The notes beneath the pieces were generated by a model. The model saw nothing but the letters and a program-made list of their open reading frames with translations, did no database searches and was not told the origin of the DNA. 64,000 nt of DNA from NCBI GenBank assembly GCA_904501765.1, contig CAJGCM010000001.1:7257-71256 (forward strand). The letters run 5' to 3'. Origin of the DNA: an uncultured Clostridia bacterium (GTDB lineage: Bacteria; Bacillota; Clostridia; Oscillospirales; CAG-272). Below are positions 58,756 to 64,000 of this stretch, piece by piece (within the stretch, counting starts at the first letter, position 1; the number at the start of each line of letters is the position of its first letter). Made by a program: the position numbers and the translations under genes.

Positions 58756-59721
58756 TTACCGGTAGCGTGTAATGACATTACCATCACCATCCAGGAGTTC
58801 AAATGCGGGGCCAGACTCAAGATACTTTCTACCACTATCCACGTTAGGACTCTCGAGGAGACCGGCTATTTTAGTAGATTGTGTGCCAGAGGATTTGGTG
58901 TACTCTCTGCCAACATTATAGTTATATCGATATGAGCTGGTAGTTTTCTCGTACTCTTCGCGGGATTTCTGTTCATTGGCCTTACGAGCCTCATCGTTGG
59001 ATTTCTTAGATGCGGCAGCTTTATCAGCTTCGTATTTTTCTTTTTCTTTGTTATATCGCAACTCTTCGGTCATATCTTTCCAAGTGCGTTTCTCGGGTTC
59101 ATTCTTCTTAAGCTTATTGATCTCATTCTTAAGCTTGAGTTTATCCCGCATTTTGGTCATAGCCTCGATGCTGTCAGGATCGACCTTGCCCTCTAGCAAC
59201 TTGGCGCCAGCCTGCTTGAGAGCGTTTTCGAGAAATTGCTTGCCGGCATTAGTGGCAGCCGGGGTGACAACGTCGTTGATTAACTTCTTAAACGGTTTAG
59301 ACTTCTCGACCACTTCGGGTCTAAGCTGACGATATGTATCTTCCATACGGGCACGGTTGATAGCGTTGAAGAGTTCAACGTCGTCCATATCCTTGATGCT
59401 CTTCTTGGAAACATCTTCGCCTTTTTGCTTGCGACCGAACAATTTGCGCTTTTTATTCTTACCATCAGCTTCATCGAGTTCGGCCTTCTCAGATGCGGCT
59501 GCTTTCTTACGAGCTTCGAGTTTTTCAATCTTAGCTCTAGTAGCCTGACGGTTCTTAAGAACTTTCTCCTCCTCACGAACTTTCTTGAGTTCGGCTTCAT
59601 ATCTCTTCTTACCCCGAGGAGTCAGACTACCATCTTTATTCTGGTAACGACGAACGCCCCACTTCATACCACGAATACCGTGGTGGTAGAGCTCGTCTAC
59701 TCTGTAGATTTCATACTCCAT
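58756..59721 (-). CDS. Lys/Glu-rich protein with N-terminal GMKWGVRR motif (paralog B2)
   Basis: Trimmed to ATG 59721 (MEYEIYRVDELYHHGIRGMKWGVRRYQNKDGSLTPRGKKRY...). A long charged coiled-coil region follows. Confidence 0.6.
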   Translation of the reverse strand: MEYEIYRVDELYHHGIRGMKWGVRRYQNKDGSLTPRGKKRYEAELKKVREEEKVLKNRQATRAKIEKLEARKKAAASEKAELDEADGKNKKRKLFGRKQKGEDVSKKSIKDMDDVELFNAINRARMEDTYRQLRPEVVEKSKPFKKLINDVVTPAATNAGKQFLENALKQAGAKLLEGKVDPDSIEAMTKMRDKLKLKNEINKLKKNEPEKRTWKDMTEELRYNKEKEKYEADKAAASKKSNDEARKANEQKSREEYEKTTSSYRYNYNVGREYTKSSGTQSTKIAGLLESPNVDSGRKYLESGPAFELLDGDGNVITRYR

Positions 59722-59738
59722 TTTGAATCCTCCTCTCG

Positions 59739-60818
59739 TCAAATGTAGTGGATTGATTTCAGCTTCTGTCGGTCCCATTCGAAGACCATGAAGCGTCTAT
59801 GGCTACCCACGAAGTCCTGTTTGTCAGACCAACTATCGACCTTACCTCCGGAGGACAGTCTTCGCACCATCACACCAAAGATGTCTGCTTCAGCTTCGTG
59901 GTGGAGATGGCCAGCATGGACCTCTCTCACATCAGCATTAGCAAACTCCTCAGCAAAGGAGATCGGGAAGATATGCGCCAGATTCTTAGCGGTAGCCTGC
60001 TTAGAATCTCCGTGGGTCAGCATGATGGAGTTCTTACCGTAGGTGACTACTTTACGATACTCGAGGGAATCGTCCACTACATCAGCGCCGTATCTTTCGA
60101 GGAGGACTTGCATGAACATCCAGGAGATGCTCCGATCGTGATTGCCTGCGGAATACAATACCTCGACCTCATTAGCGCACTGAAGCGCAGTGTCGATTAG
60201 TGCATACATGAATGTCTTACCTTCTCGGACAGCTCGCATCATATCGACTTTCTCGATAGCGGTACCCTTAGTGGTCTGACCGTTAATAATACTGTCGTTA
60301 TGGAAGAAGTCCTGCCCAAAAGGAATCACGATCTTATCCCACGTTCGACTAGTAATTAAGTCCAGCAGCTCGTTTAGCACAGGTTCGTAGTAATCCATAA
60401 AGGCTACGCCCCAGTGCATATCGAACAGCGGGATTTCCAACATTCTGTCAGCAATGGAGTACTGTCGAGGCTCGTAGACAAACGGTTCAACATTACCTCG
60501 AATGGCTTCGATAAACTCCTCCGGGTTGAGGTCGCTAGATTTCTGCTTAATCCAAGCCTGGATGATCTCGCCGGTCTTGGAAACTTGAACAGTAGCATCA
60601 TGAGCAACAAATCCCTCATAGGTTCCACACTCTAGAGTGGTATCATCGGGGAGGTGCTGACCCATCCAGCGAGTGAGCATCCGACGGAAGCTATTGAACT
60701 CGGCTGGACTGTCGACTGCGGTGATATAGTACTCCCTATAAATCTCTTTAACGGTTTTACCTTCTGCTCGTAATCGACAGCATTCTTTCTTTACTTGAAT
60801 AGGGATAACTTTTCGCAT
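59739..60818 (-). CDS. HTH domain fused to a calcineurin-like metallophosphoesterase
   Basis: N-terminal HTH-like KECCRLRAEGKTVKEIYREY. Metallophosphatase motifs FDMHWG, GQDFFHND, SAGNHD, GHLHHE. Confidence 0.7.
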   Translation of the reverse strand: MRKVIPIQVKKECCRLRAEGKTVKEIYREYYITAVDSPAEFNSFRRMLTRWMGQHLPDDTTLECGTYEGFVAHDATVQVSKTGEIIQAWIKQKSSDLNPEEFIEAIRGNVEPFVYEPRQYSIADRMLEIPLFDMHWGVAFMDYYEPVLNELLDLITSRTWDKIVIPFGQDFFHNDSIINGQTTKGTAIEKVDMMRAVREGKTFMYALIDTALQCANEVEVLYSAGNHDRSISWMFMQVLLERYGADVVDDSLEYRKVVTYGKNSIMLTHGDSKQATAKNLAHIFPISFAEEFANADVREVHAGHLHHEAEADIFGVMVRRLSSGGKVDSWSDKQDFVGSHRRFMVFEWDRQKLKSIHYI

Positions 60819-60830
60819 CGGTATCTCCCT

Positions 60831-61181
60831 TTATGTATTTTCGTTGTTTCTTTCAGCGGCTACATTGAGACGCCATTCCCACTGTGCAATCTGTCTCTCA
60901 TAGGAAGCCAGGGTGGAAGATCCAATGGAGTTCGGATCGAACAAGATCTTAACCCGGAGATTCATATAAGACTTAACAGACTGCAGTAGCAGGTCATCGG
61001 AGATAAAGTCGTCCCAGATAGCGGTATCGTCCCAAATAGAAAAACCTTTGGAAGGACCGACACCCATCTGAGCCAGATCCGCAAACACCGAGTTGATATG
61101 TACGATAATCTCGGGGTCAAACTGCTTATAATCTTCTGTGATACCAAGCAGTTTCTTGATTGATGTCAGTATACTTTCCAT
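60831..61181 (-). CDS. Head-tail connector-like (gp6/gp15-type) protein
   Basis: SIKKLLGITEDYKQFDPEIIVHINSVFADLAQMG ... ILFDPNSIGSSTLASYERQIAQWEWRL resembles connector/adaptor families (from memory, unverified). Confidence 0.4.
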   Translation of the reverse strand: MESILTSIKKLLGITEDYKQFDPEIIVHINSVFADLAQMGVGPSKGFSIWDDTAIWDDFISDDLLLQSVKSYMNLRVKILFDPNSIGSSTLASYERQIAQWEWRLNVAAERNNENT

Positions 61182-61194
61182 TGCGGTCTACTCC

Positions 61195-61614
61195 TTACAG
61201 CTTCGCAGTCACGAACTTCTTCATGCAGTAGCCGTTATAGCCCTGTTCGCCGTTATCGATAGTGACATAGAACCACTCTCGATTAGACTTAGCCGGATCA
61301 ATCGTCAGCTTCTCGCCAGCATTGACCACGGTGATCACGTTAGCGGTCAGAGAAGGCTTGGTCCGGACATTCAACTTGGTGCAGTTACCAACAGTGCCGA
61401 CAACAGTCTTGGGCTCTTCCTTGGTCTCGACGGGTTCGGTAACGGGCTTCGTAGTCTCGACCGGCTTAACTTCCATTTTGACCTCGGGAGCAGTAACTTC
61501 AACAGGAGTCTCGACAACTTCCTCTACCTTAGTCTCAACCTCGGTGACAGGGTTCTTCTTACCGCCATTCTTCTTGCTGTTGTTAGAATACTGGGAATAG
61601 TTATGATTAGACAT
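61195..61614 (-). CDS. SH3-like domain protein with Pro/Glu/Val/Thr-rich linker
   Basis: Trimmed to ATG 61614 (AGAAGGAGGA upstream). C-terminal GTVGNCTKLNVRTKPSLTANVITVVNAGEKLTI...WFYVT...GYNGYCMKKFV resembles bacterial SH3. Confidence 0.55.
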   Translation of the reverse strand: MSNHNYSQYSNNSKKNGGKKNPVTEVETKVEEVVETPVEVTAPEVKMEVKPVETTKPVTEPVETKEEPKTVVGTVGNCTKLNVRTKPSLTANVITVVNAGEKLTIDPAKSNREWFYVTIDNGEQGYNGYCMKKFVTAKL

Positions 61615-61628
61615 ATAGTTTCCTCCTT

Positions 61629-62057
61629 CTAAACCTGTTTCCAGGGGCATGTGTCGTGTTGAGTTCGGACAACAGGTCCTAGCGTCAACAAACTTTCGTC
61701 TCCATAATGTATTGCATTATGGGTGTTGTGGACAGTACAAATCAAGAACTCCGGATCGAAGATCCAGTCTCGATCGTTGAGGATGTCGTCCACGGTTATC
61801 GGATTCATGTGATGAACGATGATCTTGCCGTAAATCTCACGACCTTCGACGCCTAGATCGCATCCGTCGTCTCGGATAATCACTAGATCTCGGGCGTTCT
61901 TCCATCTCGGATCTTTCTGATACACCATCTGGTTTAGATGACGATCAAAGCCGAAAGTATCGGCGCCGACTCGTCCATCGAGTTTGAGATATTCGAATCT
62001 CTCTTTAAAAGTCGGTAGGGTGATTAATTCTGAGTAAGTTTTAATACTCATCTTCAT
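61629..62057 (-). CDS. HNH endonuclease (packaging-associated type)
   Basis: Trimmed to ATG 62057 (GGAGGG 7 nt upstream). GKIIVHHMNPITVDDI ... LICTVHNTHNAIHYG. Confidence 0.75.
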   Translation of the reverse strand: MKMSIKTYSELITLPTFKERFEYLKLDGRVGADTFGFDRHLNQMVYQKDPRWKNARDLVIIRDDGCDLGVEGREIYGKIIVHHMNPITVDDILNDRDWIFDPEFLICTVHNTHNAIHYGDESLLTLGPVVRTQHDTCPWKQV

Positions 62058-62376
62058 CACCGTGCCCTCCGTATCGCCGCATTGCCTTAAGGGCCTCCTC
62101 ATACAGCACCTTAATCTCCTCGGCATCAGCAAGGGCTTTAGTTTTAGCAGCAACTAAATCGTTTTCCAACCTGAGCCTCTCCTGCTCAAGTTTCGCTCTA
62201 GAGGACACTAGCTTAAGAAAGTGGGTAGTCTCCTGAGAGGAGGCCGTACCATCTCTTAATCGCTGCTCAACAAGATCCATAGCTAGCGCTGCCATCTGAT
62301 TTTCTCTAGATTCTGGGGTTAATGCCGGCTTCAACTTACTCTGTTGGTTCGGCATTACAGTCTTAACCTTTGCCAT
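62041..62376 (-). CDS. Coiled-coil protein, possible small terminase / packaging accessory
   Basis: 111 aa. First gene after the structured intergenic region and directly upstream of the HNH. No HTH recognised. Confidence 0.35.
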   Translation of the reverse strand: MAKVKTVMPNQQSKLKPALTPESRENQMAALAMDLVEQRLRDGTASSQETTHFLKLVSSRAKLEQERLRLENDLVAAKTKALADAEEIKVLYEEALKAMRRYGGHGDEDEY

Positions 62377-62420
62377 TGTCTGCCTCCTCTCTTACTGGTT
62401 TATTTTGGTTTGCGCAATTA

Positions 62421-62544
62421 TAGATAGCGCTTAAAAGAACCTACCAGGTCGGTCATTTGAAAGGAGAGGAAAAGTATGAGAAACCGTAAGGAGGTGGTTA
62501 TGGAAGGAAAGGATGACCTGGTAAGTTCTCTTAAATGCTATCTA
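62421..62544. repeat. Long imperfect inverted repeat (30-bp arms, 56-nt spacer) in the 259-bp intergenic region
   Basis: Arm 62421-62456 TAGATAGCGCTTAAAAGAACCTACCAGGTC(GGTC)AT versus the reverse complement of arm 62513-62544 TAGATAGCATTTAAGAGAACTTACCAGGTCAT. 26/30 identical, and all 4 differences are transitions. Confidence 0.85.
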
Positions 62545-62635
62545 TGTGAGTTCTTGCTCAATCAGAGCTTTTACTATCAAAAAGAAAGGAATCCCTTTCG
62601 GCGGTTAAGCTTACTTGGGACTCCATTTTGAATTA

Positions 62636-63151
62636 TTAGGCGACTTCTACGTATAGACCGACTAAATCGAACAGCGCGTGATACACAGGATTACCACTAT
62701 CGCGATTACACAAGTAGATCATGTTGTTCTGGTAGTAGTATTTACCTGCTGCTAACGTCATATTGCCGTCGTAGGGGATAGGATCGTCGATGGTTCCCTC
62801 GTGGGTTTCGTTGATCTGCTCCCACAAGGATGCGACATTCTCGGGTTCCCAGGTCGTCTGAGACGTGTGGGCCTGGATGACTCGCCATAGTTTGTTATTG
62901 TAGCGGACCTTAAAACCAGGTTCATATGCGACGCCAGTAGTCCACTCAGGGTAGAAGTCCTTCATACGTAAGGCGGTATTATCATCGACCGTCAAAGTGT
63001 TAATCTGCTGATGAATGAGCATAGAAGTGACTTCCTCGATAGTCAGCGGTCTAGTGCGCTCTGTGATAGTGGCTAGGTGGAGTTGAGACTTTCTGCTGGC
63101 GATTTCTTCCGCAGTCATATCACGATACGCTTTTCCATCAAAAATTCTCAT
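62636..63151 (-). CDS. Protein with CBM5/12-like carbohydrate-binding motif (fibre accessory?)
   Basis: WTTGVAYEPGFKVRYNNKLWRVIQAHTSQTTWEPENVASLWEQI resembles chitin-binding-type CBM5/12 (Y..G..V.y.g..y....H.s...W.P....slW). Confidence 0.5.
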   Translation of the reverse strand: MRIFDGKAYRDMTAEEIASRKSQLHLATITERTRPLTIEEVTSMLIHQQINTLTVDDNTALRMKDFYPEWTTGVAYEPGFKVRYNNKLWRVIQAHTSQTTWEPENVASLWEQINETHEGTIDDPIPYDGNMTLAAGKYYYQNNMIYLCNRDSGNPVYHALFDLVGLYVEVA

Positions 63152-63927
63152 TTTGCCACCTCCACTACAAAGTGTGTGCCGGCTGCCATATTCTGCGATC
63201 CTTCAATGTAGAAATAATGGTCGCTACTATTTGGATTAAGATGCCGAACCCAAGGAGTGACCTGTGTGAAGGTCACATTCTTAGAACTGCTGCTACGCCC
63301 AGTAATCCCGCTTATAGCGTTAGCGGTATATATGTCGTTCATCAATGATTGTAAATTGTTTTGGCAAATCCTAATATATCCGTTATTTGTCCAATCTTCT
63401 ATAGGTGCAGGGATAGCGAATTCTACAGAGTAACATAGTCTATACTTCCAAGTCAAATAAACACCACAAGTAATGGTACCAACAGTGGAGGTTTCAGTAT
63501 CCTCGGTATCTCTCGGAATAGTAAGCGAAACAACTATGCTATCTGCCGCTTGTAACTTTTCAATCATTGTTTTGTTAATGGGAACATTAAACGCTGATAC
63601 TTTTTCGGTGGTGGTGAAATCGGCAATTGTTTCATATCCCACGGTAGCTAAATCCGCCGCTTCCCACTGCGTAGGTTTGCCGTTTTCGTCCACTTCCTTG
63701 ACCACGATGGCCTGGCCGACTGCGGCCGCTTCAGGAGCTTCGATGTAGCCAGATAGGTCTACATTTTCGGCATCTTTACCGGCCGGTCCTTGGGGGCCTG
63801 TTTCGCCCACCAGAGAGTTTAACCATTCTTGTTCAGTGCCTTCGAAACCATTCTTTAGAGCGACTTCGTAGGCTGAGTCACCAGCTTTTGAGGGGAAGGC
63901 CCCATGAAGCTGATACTTCTTTGCCAT
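63148..63927 (-). CDS. Tail-fibre-like protein with short collagen-like segment
   Basis: N-terminus DSAYEVALKNGFEGTEQEWLNSLVGETGPQGPAGKD is the classic fibre opening motif. Confidence 0.6.
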   Translation of the reverse strand: MAKKYQLHGAFPSKAGDSAYEVALKNGFEGTEQEWLNSLVGETGPQGPAGKDAENVDLSGYIEAPEAAAVGQAIVVKEVDENGKPTQWEAADLATVGYETIADFTTTEKVSAFNVPINKTMIEKLQAADSIVVSLTIPRDTEDTETSTVGTITCGVYLTWKYRLCYSVEFAIPAPIEDWTNNGYIRICQNNLQSLMNDIYTANAISGITGRSSSSKNVTFTQVTPWVRHLNPNSSDHYFYIEGSQNMAAGTHFVVEVAK

Positions 63928-63955
63928 TATTTACCCCTCCATTTTGAAATTTTTG

Positions 63956-64000
63956 TTACAGCAGGCTAGAGGTCCAGGGGATAGTACCCTCGGCATCCTC
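63956..64000 (-). CDS. 3' end of an upstream gene (5' part outside the window)
   Basis: The minus strand reads ...EDAEGTIPWTSSLL* with TAA at 63956-63958. Confidence 0.3.
   Translation of the reverse strand, partial: EDAEGTIPWTSSLL

Noticed and set aside
62476-62631. 51-codon plus-strand ORF (MRNRKEVVMEGKDD...) with an AAAGGAGAGGA SD inside the hairpin region.
   Set aside because: It spans the spacer and one arm of the inverted repeat and is the only plus-strand candidate in the late region. The purine-rich spacer creates SD-like strings by composition. I keep it as a low-probability alternative.

Overview
The window is one continuous block of a temperate, long-tailed (siphovirus-like) phage or prophage. 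The host looks Gram-positive and Firmicutes-like: AGGAGG-type ribosome-binding sites (SD), LemA, SPOR, LysM and Listeria-Bacteroides repeat domains. I call about 95 protein genes, and all but two are on the minus strand. No rRNA, CRISPR array or clearly bacterial housekeeping gene is visible.

In the direction of transcription (right to left) the window contains:
- 62.6-64.0 kb: tail-fibre-like genes.
- 62.38-62.63 kb: a structured intergenic region.
- 52.6-62.4 kb: packaging and head module. It holds an HNH, an SH3 protein, an HTH-metallophosphatase, TerL followed by a homing HNH, the portal and a prohead protease-capsid fusion.
- 34.0-52.6 kb: tail module. It holds the major tail protein, two chaperones, an amidase, a 2562-aa tape measure, a LysM-bearing distal tail protein and the fibres.
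- 33.4-34.0 kb: holin.
- 22.9-33.4 kb: a roughly 10 kb array of about 20 mini-cassettes. Each has a conserved ~32-nt promoter-like motif, a tiny ORF or no ORF, and a hairpin terminator. The only plus-strand genes (XRE repressor and large serine recombinase) are embedded in this array.
- 7.9-22.8 kb: replication module. It holds a family-B DNA polymerase split by an HNH endonuclease, a helicase/prim-pol/exonuclease fusion, an SSB-like protein, two tRNAs, RadC and an SF2 helicase.
- 0-7.9 kb: accessory island. It holds a pentapeptide-repeat protein, an SPFH/LemA membrane module, and a Prs-like + Nampt-like + nicotinamidase-like NAD+ cluster.

All functional calls come from motif recognition by eye. 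Nothing was searched against a database.
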